DNA from: an uncultured virus (IMG/VR IMGVR_UViG_3300017714_004846)
Lineage: Duplodnaviria > Heunggongvirae > Uroviricota > Caudoviricetes
Reading direction: 5' to 3' (one strand)
IMG/VR virus record: IMGVR_UViG_3300017714_004846
Length of the DNA stretch: 64,000 nt
In this document: positions 19,304 to 27,827 of the stretch, piece after piece
How the letters are laid out: each line of letters opens with the position of its first letter
How positions within the stretch are numbered: the first letter of the stretch is position 1
Notes under the pieces: model-generated
What the model was told of the DNA's origin: nothing
The model's database searches: none
The model's input: only the letters and a program-made list of their open reading frames with translations
Made by a program: the position numbers and the translations under genes

Positions 19304-20263
19304 TTGAGTGATACTATGTCAGATACTAACCAACCAGAAGAAGTAGATATTTACACCTGCCGTGAATGTAATAGCACCAATTTGACCCCAGATATTACTG
19401 GGGTGGTGTTTTGTGATGATTGCGGATTAGAGGGTGAGGCTGGACGAATTGACCCGGGCAAAGACAACCGTGTGTTTGCAGATGGTTCAGGTGCAGAAGG
19501 TGAAAGATGGGGTATGCCTAAGAGTGAACTCTATCACGATGGCGGATTGACTACCGATATGCCGATTGCTTACACCGATGGCACAGGTCAGCGTCTTTCT
19601 TCGGCACAACGCCGTAAGTATAACCGTCTACGCCGACAACACCAGAGAACTCGTATTCGTGATGCAAAGGAACGCAATTTGGTTACCGCACTGAATGAAC
19701 TTGACCGTTTGGCTTCGCAGATGACCCTGCCGAAGTTTGTTAAGGAAAATGCTGCTCGTATCTATAAAAGAGCCGTTGAGAAGCAATTGGTTCGTGGTCG
19801 CTCTATTGAGGGTGTCGTGGCTGCTTGCATTCACGCCTCTTGCCGACTCAACAACATGAGCCGAACTTTGGATGAAATTGGACAACATTCTCGCACAGGT
19901 CGTAAAGAAATTGGGCGCACATACAAAAAGGTCATGAATGAGTTGCAGATTCGCATTTTGCCTACTGCACCGACCGAATATGTTCCTCGTTTCTGTTCTA
20001 CTTTGAATTTGGATGCCCGAACCGAAGCCTTGGCCCGTCAGATTCTTAGTTATGAGCAAATCAAGCCTCTTTCAACAGGTCGTGGACCCACAGGAATTGC
20101 GGCCGCCGCAGTTTATTTGGCAACACGAGTCCGAACCATTACTCGCACACAAAGAGATGTAGCCATGGCTGCAGGTGTGACCGAAGTGACGATTCGCAAC
20201 CGATACAAAGAGATTTGCGAAGTTTTAGGTATGGATGCCGAAAATCCACAAGCACCTAATTGA
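19304..20263 (+). CDS. tfb: archaeal transcription initiation factor B
   Basis: Zn ribbon CREC..CDDCG, ERNL..AL.EL.RL, GRSIEGVVAA, RTLDEI, GRGPTGIAAA, GVTEVTIRNRYKE; start may be ATG 19316. Confidence 0.97.
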   Translation: MSDTMSDTNQPEEVDIYTCRECNSTNLTPDITGVVFCDDCGLEGEAGRIDPGKDNRVFADGSGAEGERWGMPKSELYHDGGLTTDMPIAYTDGTGQRLSSAQRRKYNRLRRQHQRTRIRDAKERNLVTALNELDRLASQMTLPKFVKENAARIYKRAVEKQLVRGRSIEGVVAACIHASCRLNNMSRTLDEIGQHSRTGRKEIGRTYKKVMNELQIRILPTAPTEYVPRFCSTLNLDARTEALARQILSYEQIKPLSTGRGPTGIAAAAVYLATRVRTITRTQRDVAMAAGVTEVTIRNRYKEICEVLGMDAENPQAPN

Positions 20264-20273
20264 TGGTGATAGT

Positions 20274-20546
20274 ATGAATCTGCAGGTCATTGACTATGGC
20301 CCGAATTACTGGGCTGGATGGGGTGTGACGCATCGTTGGGCATATTTAGTGGGCTCTGTGCGGTCGGAACCGCTTAAGACGCAACGAAATGCTCAAGAGG
20401 TTCTATTACTCTCTAATAATGTCCCGCCTGAAACGATAGCACCCTTGTTGGTATCGGACATTCGTATCTCGGATAAACAAGTTTGGATTTTGGTTGCTGA
20501 TACAGGAGTATGGAAAAAACAGAATTCTGACACTGAGGAAGAGTAA
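20274..20546 (+). CDS. hypothetical protein
   Basis: ATG 20274 after GGTGA. Confidence 0.65.
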   Translation: MNLQVIDYGPNYWAGWGVTHRWAYLVGSVRSEPLKTQRNAQEVLLLSNNVPPETIAPLLVSDIRISDKQVWILVADTGVWKKQNSDTEEE

Positions 20547-20577
20547 TCTCATATAGGACACCACCACTAAACCCATT

Positions 20578-21201
20578 ATGGATTGGTGGATTTACGCATT
20601 GGCTTTCTTGGGTATTTGTTTAGGCTATCAAAAATGGCTACTTCATCAAAGACAAAAAGACATGAATTTGTGGGTGCAGGAACTTTCTGCGGAACGAGAT
20701 GAGGCCAAATCTAATCTGCATCAAGCAGACCTAAAAATTGTGGAACTGGAGATGAGTGCAACCTCTGATACGGTAGAAGCGGCTATGGAATCCCTGATGC
20801 AAGAGTCGGCCACACAAAAATCTATGATAGTAGACCTGCGGGGAGTAAATGGGGTTCTCAATGATGAATTGGAATCTATGACCCGAGAAATGAAGAAACA
20901 AAAAGGCCGGGCTGCCTCAGCACATACTCAAAGAGGACAACTGTTAGAAAAGTGGACCCCGTTTTTGAATCACCCTGAAATTGACCCTTCTTGGGACCAT
21001 AAAGATTGGAGTTTCTTAGGACAACCCATTGATTATGTGGTATTCAACTGGTATCAAGACAAGACCGAAAATTTGGAGGATGGAAAAATCGTGATGTTGG
21101 ATGTTAAATCTGGAAAAAGCCAACTCACAACTAAACAAAGAAGAATTAGAGATTTAATCAAGGCTGGAAAAGTAGAATGGAGAGAAATAAGATTGGAGTG
21201 A
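20578..21201 (+). CDS. Holliday-junction-resolvase-like endonuclease with N-terminal TM and coiled coil
   Basis: FLGQPIDYVVF, MLDVKSGKSQLTTKQRRIRDLI..GKVEW. Confidence 0.85.
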   Translation: MDWWIYALAFLGICLGYQKWLLHQRQKDMNLWVQELSAERDEAKSNLHQADLKIVELEMSATSDTVEAAMESLMQESATQKSMIVDLRGVNGVLNDELESMTREMKKQKGRAASAHTQRGQLLEKWTPFLNHPEIDPSWDHKDWSFLGQPIDYVVFNWYQDKTENLEDGKIVMLDVKSGKSQLTTKQRRIRDLIKAGKVEWREIRLE

Positions 21202-21277
21202 TGTGGATGGACACCGCTTGTTGGATAATATTGTGGATGGTAATATTTGGTTTAATATTTGGCGCAGATGAGCAAGA

Positions 21278-21766
21278 TTATTGATATTCTTTGGTTTTTG
21301 CTCTCCAGATAAATTGAGAGAAATAAATTTCAAACAGAGCGTCACCATCAGAATCAGTGACTTGGACTCCCCCAAAAATATCGGAGTTGTTCTGTAATAT
21401 CTTTTTGTAGTTTTCATCTTCCATCATATTATTGACGGTAAATTCAGTGGCTACTTCCATTTCTTTTTCTTCAACGATTTCTTTAAATTTTTCTTGCAAC
21501 ATTGCTAAAAGGCTGTTGAGGGTTTCATTAACAATGGTTCCCAGAACCATTTTGAATTCTTCTTCCGAATTTCCTGTGGGTCCTGCTACCATATACTGCA
21601 CTGGACCGGGCATTTGCCCGCATATGTCATCGTCATTACAATCAACAACACTACGAAAAGCAGGATAGTAGGTTTTATCTTTGGGAATAATTGTGAATTG
21701 CACTAACAAATGGTCTGGGGTCTCCAGTCCGGACTTGAGCCAATTGATAGGTGTCGGCAAACCCAT
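21278..21766 (-). CDS. hypothetical protein, N-terminal LPTPINW motif
   Basis: Starts MGLPTPINWL; promoter ttaagtagca 21786-21795 (minus), 29 nt upstream. Confidence 0.85.
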   Translation of the reverse strand: MGLPTPINWLKSGLETPDHLLVQFTIIPKDKTYYPAFRSVVDCNDDDICGQMPGPVQYMVAGPTGNSEEEFKMVLGTIVNETLNSLLAMLQEKFKEIVEEKEMEVATEFTVNNMMEDENYKKILQNNSDIFGGVQVTDSDGDALFEIYFSQFIWRAKTKEYQ

Positions 21767-21791
21767 AATATAAATTGGGTGCTGTTGCTAC

Positions 21792-22262
21792 TTAAGTTTG
21801 TTTTTTGTATACTCTGAAGGTCCAATGTCCTGCCTTCCTGATGTCTACAGTTATTTCAGGTTCTGATTCAGGAATAACCCACCCAAATTTTTCCAACTCT
21901 TGCGGCAAATAATTATCCAAATCTTCCATATGTTCAGGTAGTATACTCAAATAATAATATGCGTCCAAGTCTGTGTAGATGTCTTCCTTAGATTTTTTCT
22001 TGTCTAAGTATCTTGGCAATCTCTCTTTTACCCACTCTGCCCGGTTTTCTTTTCTTAATAATCCCCAATATTCTACAATAATGGGTTTATCAATACCGCA
22101 CTGTGGCAACAATAACCAATCGGGTAGTAAAAATTCACTGTCCGCAGGGATTTGGGGCTCATAAATGGCACGAATTTCGTGTTCAAAGAACCAGTCGTCT
22201 ATGGTTTGTTCTGACCACGATACAACTTTGTTCCCTGACTTGCACTTGCAATGTCCATTCAA
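21792..22262 (-). CDS. PD-(D/E)XK-like nuclease
   Basis: VSWSEQTIDDWF..YEP..LPDWLL..IVEYWG pattern. Confidence 0.65.
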   Translation of the reverse strand: MNGHCKCKSGNKVVSWSEQTIDDWFFEHEIRAIYEPQIPADSEFLLPDWLLLPQCGIDKPIIVEYWGLLRKENRAEWVKERLPRYLDKKKSKEDIYTDLDAYYYLSILPEHMEDLDNYLPQELEKFGWVIPESEPEITVDIRKAGHWTFRVYKKQT

Positions 22263-22265
22263 AAA

Positions 22266-22499
22266 TTAGGCCCCCAGATAACAGGCAGTTCCTTCTTCAA
22301 GGTCGTCTGTATTCTGGAAGCAATTTCTGGTATTTTCAGCATAGTAATTTAACCAGTGATAAAACATCTCACGGTCTGGGTCAATTATTGTGTCAAAGAC
22401 ATTTGGATTTCCGTTCACATCTACCCAAATTTCTCCTATCCACGGGTCATTCATTCTCATAGGTTCATATATTCTTGTCCATACTTTTACCATAAACAT
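22266..22499 (-). CDS. small hypothetical protein
   Basis: Promoter tcatatagta near 22535-22544 (minus); leader hairpin and SD GGGGTG. Confidence 0.65.
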   Translation of the reverse strand: MFMVKVWTRIYEPMRMNDPWIGEIWVDVNGNPNVFDTIIDPDREMFYHWLNYYAENTRNCFQNTDDLEEGTACYLGA

Positions 22500-22709
22500 C
22501 ACCCCCGTATGGGGTAGTATTACTTTGTTTTCTTTACTATATGAGTTTTTACTAATAATCCTAAATGCTAAACCAAAAGCCTAAATAGTCTAAGAAACAA
22601 GGTAAATGAATGGGATGTCTAAACATTCCGTGAGTGCGTTAATAGTTAAATAGGTAGCACCACACAGTTATCATTACCACCCCATAAAGGGAGATAAGGA
22701 TTGATAACA

Positions 22710-23159
22710 ATGGTAAAAATTGAAGTAAATTGTGAAGACGGCTATGACGCAAAAATGTTTGAGAAGGGAGATACACTCCGCTACTATCTCAAAGGACCAA
22801 ACAACATGAGTAATAATCGTGGTGAAATCGGAATGATTGACCTGCGTGGACGCTTTGCTGGAAAGTTTAAGGTAGCAGACAACCTACCATCTGGTGTGAG
22901 TTTTGGATTCGTGCCAGAGGCTCGTGCTACCGTGACTTTGACTACCCCTGATGGAAACTCTATTTTCATCGGACCAAAGGCAGGACCAATGACCACCCAA
23001 GACCGTATTACTCTCGGTATGTGCATCAACAACGCTACCAATTTGCTTACGGCTCGCCCAGAGAATGAATCGGCTAACAACGAAACTTTGGTTCAAGAAG
23101 TTTATGATATGGCTGATGCTCTTTTGGCGGAATACAACAAGCGATACAACGAACAGTGA
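22710..23159 (+). CDS. hypothetical protein, possibly nucleic-acid binding
   Basis: Promoter ttaaataggt 22646-22655; leadered; beta-rich N-half and helical C-half. Confidence 0.75.
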   Translation: MVKIEVNCEDGYDAKMFEKGDTLRYYLKGPNNMSNNRGEIGMIDLRGRFAGKFKVADNLPSGVSFGFVPEARATVTLTTPDGNSIFIGPKAGPMTTQDRITLGMCINNATNLLTARPENESANNETLVQEVYDMADALLAEYNKRYNEQ

Positions 23160-23410
23160 GGGGAAAAGGAGTGATTCCTAACCTCAACCTCGGCCAAAGA
23201 ACCTTACCGCAAAGACAGTGGTGGGCAATTCTGGTCAATTGGAAGGACGATGTGTGGATTCACCCGCATATTTATCCGACCCAACAAGAGGCTAATAATC
23301 AAGCCTTGAGTATGAATCGTGAAGGTAAAAAGGTCAAAGTGTTTCCTGTAGAACCTGCCACGGGTTGGGGTGATTTCTCTCCGCAGCATCTGTGGTTCGG
23401 CAAAGATTGA
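23156..23410 (+). CDS. small hypothetical protein
   Basis: Coupled to upstream stop. Confidence 0.6.
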   Translation: MRGKGVIPNLNLGQRTLPQRQWWAILVNWKDDVWIHPHIYPTQQEANNQALSMNREGKKVKVFPVEPATGWGDFSPQHLWFGKD

Positions 23411-23435
23411 AATAGGAACAATCTACATTAGAACT

Positions 23436-23618
23436 ATGGGCTTAACGCAAATGCTCACCATGAGTGACGGTAAAATTCTAATTTTAGAAGATATGGAAAC
23501 CACCCAAAAGGGTGCTACCAAGTATATTAAGGTCAGCATCACTGATTCCGCAGGTTCAAGAGTCTATTTAGGAAACATCCTCAAAGATGACCTGAAAAGA
23601 GTTGCCAAAAGTATGTGA
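23436..23618 (+). CDS. small hypothetical protein
   Basis: Promoter ttgaaatagg 23407-23416, 29 nt before ATG 23436. Confidence 0.7.
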   Translation: MGLTQMLTMSDGKILILEDMETTQKGATKYIKVSITDSAGSRVYLGNILKDDLKRVAKSM

Positions 23619-23627
23619 GGGTAAATC

Positions 23628-23846
23628 ATGGAGTTATTTGACTTTGCAGAATCTTTGGGAATGGAACTATCGGAGGGATTAATTCAAAATCAACATCCGA
23701 TGACCATGGAGGCTGCGGCGGAAATGGAACCAATCTGGGCTCTTAGATGGAGAATGCGAGTATGCCGAATATCAGGAAAAATATTTGATATTACCCAAGA
23801 GGGCTTATTTTATACCAGTGGGGAATATGTGGAGGAATTACTATGA
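23628..23846 (+). CDS. small hypothetical protein
   Basis: SD GAGGG; operon context. Confidence 0.6.
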   Translation: MELFDFAESLGMELSEGLIQNQHPMTMEAAAEMEPIWALRWRMRVCRISGKIFDITQEGLFYTSGEYVEELL

Positions 23847-24424
23847 AACAAATTAAGAATGTAAAATTATCGTTGAACAAAGATGCCGAAGTAGTGGTCA
23901 CTGCTGATATTGTGATGGACGGGCCTAATGACCCAGATGATGTATATTTTGTGATGTTCAACATTCTACACAATCCCTTAAGATTGGTAGTTGCCACAGT
24001 GGGAGATTTTTGTGGATTAGTAGCCGAAAAATCTGGGGCTTCTAAATCTCAAGCCCAGAGTTTGCTCATGAGTAATCCTGAAGAATTTATGCAAAGAGTG
24101 TTGAGTGACCAACAAATGTTATTTGGTGCGGCACAAGAAAAAGTCAAAGTGGAATTAACCTCTCAAAAGAATGCGGATTTGGCTCGGGCGGTGGTTGCCA
24201 GTATGATTAACAAAGGAATGTATCATCAGGTATCAAATTATTTGGTGTCTGGGGAAGAACCAGCGGCTAAACATCAAGAAGTTCCTACCAAGGAATTGAT
24301 GGCAGACCTCAATCAAATGTTAATGATTATCAAAGATTGGGAAGGTTTTGACCTCAAAGAATTTTTGGTTAAGCAAGGAGTAGACCCTGCACAAGTGGAT
24401 GCTATGTTGGGGGAACAACCATGA
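23843..24424 (+). CDS. hypothetical protein
   Basis: 193 aa; SD GGAGG; coupled. Confidence 0.8.
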   Translation: MKQIKNVKLSLNKDAEVVVTADIVMDGPNDPDDVYFVMFNILHNPLRLVVATVGDFCGLVAEKSGASKSQAQSLLMSNPEEFMQRVLSDQQMLFGAAQEKVKVELTSQKNADLARAVVASMINKGMYHQVSNYLVSGEEPAAKHQEVPTKELMADLNQMLMIIKDWEGFDLKEFLVKQGVDPAQVDAMLGEQP

Positions 24425-24777
24425 GTCAGGCATTAGAGGAATATATGGATTCTTTGGAGGTAAAGCCTGATGGTTTTAAATTGACCTTAGTTTATTGGGG
24501 TCGTGAGCCTTCAGATAACTCCCACCCACTCCATATGTTGTTGGAGATGTTAAAACATCAATTTGATATGGAAATCAAAAAACAAGATGTGCAAATGATG
24601 AACCACAATTGGTGGCAAGTTGATATGTTGTGGTCAGGCAAGCCTAAAGAACTGGTGTCTACTGCCAAGAAATTGGATAATATTTTACAAGTGGAATTAC
24701 CGAAATTTTCGGGCCAGCCTGAATTTAACTTTGATGTCTGGAATTATCCTCCAGCCGCTGAAGATGATGAATTTTAA
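24421..24777 (+). CDS. hypothetical protein
   Basis: ATGA-coupled, 118 aa. Confidence 0.75.
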   Translation: MSQALEEYMDSLEVKPDGFKLTLVYWGREPSDNSHPLHMLLEMLKHQFDMEIKKQDVQMMNHNWWQVDMLWSGKPKELVSTAKKLDNILQVELPKFSGQPEFNFDVWNYPPAAEDDEF

Positions 24778-25205
24778 TCTTTCAGGCGGAATATCCACCA
24801 TTGGGCTTTATCGCTCTGGGTTTTCGTGCTACTTGGCCCCACGGCCTTGTCAATACTTACATATGTTGAGCCATACCACATAACTAATTCTCCGTAACCA
24901 AAGAGTTCTTGTATGATTTTAACTCGTGGCACCCATTTTTCGTTTCTGTTCCCAGAAGGGACACTATATGTTCTTAGTTCTCCCCGAGCCTGACCAGAAT
25001 TATCTCTGCCGAATCCACGGCTTTGGTAATTTTCTGCAACCCAGTTTTTGGCTTCTTCTAATGTAGCAAAGAATCTTTGTAGATGGTCTGGGGTGCGATG
25101 AGACCACCAAGAACCACTTATGACCTCTGAACGGTTATATCCAAAGACTACAAATCGGGGATAATCTCTATCCTCCATCCAATTAATGGGGGCAGGTAGG
25201 CTCAT
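24774..25205 (-). CDS. hypothetical protein, N-terminal LPAPINW motif
   Basis: Starts MSLPAPINWM; SD AGGTG. Confidence 0.85.
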   Translation of the reverse strand: MSLPAPINWMEDRDYPRFVVFGYNRSEVISGSWWSHRTPDHLQRFFATLEEAKNWVAENYQSRGFGRDNSGQARGELRTYSVPSGNRNEKWVPRVKIIQELFGYGELVMWYGSTYVSIDKAVGPSSTKTQSDKAQWWIFRLKD

Positions 25206-25214
25206 AATAACACC

Positions 25215-25811
25215 TTATTCTAAATCAAAAAATTCATCTAAATCTATGGGATTCAGAGGATTAAATCTCAGCGTGGAGAATTGGTCTGTTTTATCCAGTA
25301 TGGAGGCATACTGCCCATAACAAGTTATTTCGGTAAGTTGGAGGGGTGGGGTCAGGTATTTATCTATGGTTGCTAAACTTTTATTTCTGAGAGCCTCTAA
25401 ATCAGCATCTGGCTCCCTGTAATAATTCAGCATCAAGCCCACATCATCATCCTTGGATTCAAGGTCTACACCCTTGAAATAAATAGAACCCACAATTGAT
25501 GGCGGATTAGGCACCAATACTTCTTGTTCTTCAAGAACCTTGTCCTCCCCGTATGGGGCATCTTCATCATATACAAAATCACCATCTTCATCCCTCACGG
25601 GCATCTTTACGGTTTGGAGTTCCAATCTATCACAGGAACTATTCACCAACTGGTATAGAAACTCTTTTACTTGGGAATGAGTCATTACTTGGGAATACCG
25701 AATATTTTGTTCTAAATCTGTTATCCATGGTGGTATCTCCAGAGTCATCAATAAATCGTTGGAACTACTACCACTTCTAATCCAATTTATGGGGCTGGGA
25801 ATGCGAGGCAT
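25215..25811 (-). CDS. hypothetical protein, N-terminal IPSPINW motif
   Basis: Starts MPRIPSPINWIR; promoter ttgaaatagca 25831-25841 (minus). Confidence 0.85.
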   Translation of the reverse strand: MPRIPSPINWIRSGSSSNDLLMTLEIPPWITDLEQNIRYSQVMTHSQVKEFLYQLVNSSCDRLELQTVKMPVRDEDGDFVYDEDAPYGEDKVLEEQEVLVPNPPSIVGSIYFKGVDLESKDDDVGLMLNYYREPDADLEALRNKSLATIDKYLTPPLQLTEITCYGQYASILDKTDQFSTLRFNPLNPIDLDEFFDLE

Positions 25812-25917
25812 AAATAATATAAGGCTTCCCTGCTATTTCAATTTAACTTGAAGGGATGTGTTAAATAGGTAGACCAAGTAGTAAGCAATACGAACCCCAT
25901 TAGCGGGAGTGATTATT

Positions 25918-27033
25918 ATGACGGCAGTAGATAACCCAAATTATATGTTAGCAGCAATTAGAAGTATGGCAAAGCGACCTTTCCGAGTTTCTCTCGGTGG
26001 TTTGAACCCCACAGGTGCAGGAACAAATCGCCTCAATCATTGGGGTGAAGAAGAATACATTGGTAAGTGCCACCGACAAAATTGGTATAGCAAGAAGGGT
26101 GTAGCCCGAACTAATCCTCCAGATGACCGAAGTATGGTTATTTTTGAAACAGGCCATTCGTGGGAAGCCTCTATGACCGAACATTTCAAGCGTCAAGGTT
26201 TGTTGATTGATAATAACATCAAAATCAAGCAAGACATCGCAGCATTGGCTGGTTTTGAATCGGATGTGCCAGTGATGATTTCTGGTGAAGTAGACCAATT
26301 ACTTCGTAAGGCAGAACTTGATGAAGAAGGCAATGTGTTGAGCATTTCTCAAACTGAAGCAGTGATTGTAGATGCTAAAACCATTCGTGGATATGGGGCT
26401 CGTCAGGCTATGGGCAACAAGGAATACCGTAATGGATTCGCTAAGGATGGTTATGTCATGCAGATGGCCGTTTATTTGGCTATGAGGAAACCATTTGAGG
26501 AATACTATGGTGTGACTATTTCTCACGCCGAACTTCACTATGCCGCAGTGGACTCAGGACTCCACAAAGTTTTCAAGGTGAGTTTAGAAGATGGATATTC
26601 GGGTCGTGTTATCGTGACCGACCTTGAGGGAACTCCTCTCAAGAGCGACCTTGTGTTCTGTATGGAAAAGGAGGCGGCCACAGGTGAGCCGTATATGCCT
26701 TTGGGAGATTTCACCGTAGAGGATATTATCCGAAACTATATTGAAATGCAAGAAGAATTGCTATCCGATGAGGCTCCTCCTCGTGGTTATCCTTTGCGCT
26801 ACTCTGATGAAGAATTAGAACTTATGTGGAAGCGTGGACAAATCGCTAAGACAAATTGGCCTAAGATTCAAAAAAACCCACTACATGGTGCAGATAAGGT
26901 CAATGGTGCAGGTTCATGGAACTGTTCCTATTGTGATTGGAAGGATGAATGTTATCCCTTTAATACTTTGACCGAAATGGTTGAAAACGAAGAAATGACG
27001 GCTGAAGATGCTCTCAATCAATTGGGCTTCTAA
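25918..27033 (+). CDS. Cas4-like PD-(D/E)XK exonuclease with Fe-S cysteines
   Basis: GKCHRQ.WY, ISGEVD, IVDAKT, QMAVY, WNCSYCDWKDEC; promoter ttaaataggt 25861-25870. Confidence 0.85.
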   Translation: MTAVDNPNYMLAAIRSMAKRPFRVSLGGLNPTGAGTNRLNHWGEEEYIGKCHRQNWYSKKGVARTNPPDDRSMVIFETGHSWEASMTEHFKRQGLLIDNNIKIKQDIAALAGFESDVPVMISGEVDQLLRKAELDEEGNVLSISQTEAVIVDAKTIRGYGARQAMGNKEYRNGFAKDGYVMQMAVYLAMRKPFEEYYGVTISHAELHYAAVDSGLHKVFKVSLEDGYSGRVIVTDLEGTPLKSDLVFCMEKEAATGEPYMPLGDFTVEDIIRNYIEMQEELLSDEAPPRGYPLRYSDEELELMWKRGQIAKTNWPKIQKNPLHGADKVNGAGSWNCSYCDWKDECYPFNTLTEMVENEEMTAEDALNQLGF

Positions 27034-27761
27034 TACTTGCCGACTACAACTGCAATATCATCGGGCTTTCCGCCCGTTTGTCGTTCATCTTTGTTGATTA
27101 ATCCCGCCTCATATTTTCTTTGAGCGAAAGGCGACCAATAATTCTGCTGCACACTTAGTTCATAGGCAGTTTCGGCCAAGGTCAAAGCAATAACCGCTGG
27201 ATATTCGTCGGTGTCAAATTGGTTGATAACTTCTAAGATAATGTTGTCGTAAAGATTATTAAATAATCCATCAGACCCAAAAATTACCACATCTCCAGAC
27301 TCTAAATCTATGTGGTATCTCCAAGCATCTTCTAAATCATCATTTCCGCTTCCCAATTGATAGGGGCTATTGAATGTGTGTTCCTGCTCTATGCTACGAT
27401 AAACCACTGCCCCTTGTCGGATAACCAAAACTCCACAATCTCCTAATTGAACCACATACAAACGATTATCTATGACTTGTCCAATACAAAAAGTCATACT
27501 GCCATAATTATTCTGCACCGCCCAAGATTGGAAGGCTGCTTCTAAAGCATCATAAGGGTTGAAGTTATCCTCCATATAATTTCGGGTGTTAATCATCATG
27601 CTACGAGTGTAAGGACCAGAAGTTATGCCCTTGTTTCTCCAATAGCCTGTGCCATCTGCGACACCTGCGGCATTTTTAGAAGGTAGGACAAAAAAGGCAT
27701 CGTCGCCTTCATCTCCGAACTCACGATTGGCTCCCGATAGAACCTGTCCAGCCCACAGCAT
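27030..27761 (-). CDS. PP2C-family protein phosphatase, PTC7-like
   Basis: GDDAFF, GVADGTG.W, LGDCG, QEHTFNSPYQL, SDGLFNNL, GGKPDDIAVV; promoter 27781-27790 places start at ATG 27761. Confidence 0.9.
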   Translation of the reverse strand: MLWAGQVLSGANREFGDEGDDAFFVLPSKNAAGVADGTGYWRNKGITSGPYTRSMMINTRNYMEDNFNPYDALEAAFQSWAVQNNYGSMTFCIGQVIDNRLYVVQLGDCGVLVIRQGAVVYRSIEQEHTFNSPYQLGSGNDDLEDAWRYHIDLESGDVVIFGSDGLFNNLYDNIILEVINQFDTDEYPAVIALTLAETAYELSVQQNYWSPFAQRKYEAGLINKDERQTGGKPDDIAVVVGKY

Positions 27762-27827
27762 ACAATTATTTTGTGTCATCTGCTATTTAAGATTCTTGTT
27801 AAATAGGTCCCAACGAGTAAAATTATC

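Noticed and set aside
25918..27033. Cas4-like gene as evidence of a CRISPR-Cas system or casposon
   Set aside because: No cas1/cas2 and no repeat-spacer array seen; stand-alone Cas4-like nucleases are common in archaeal viruses.
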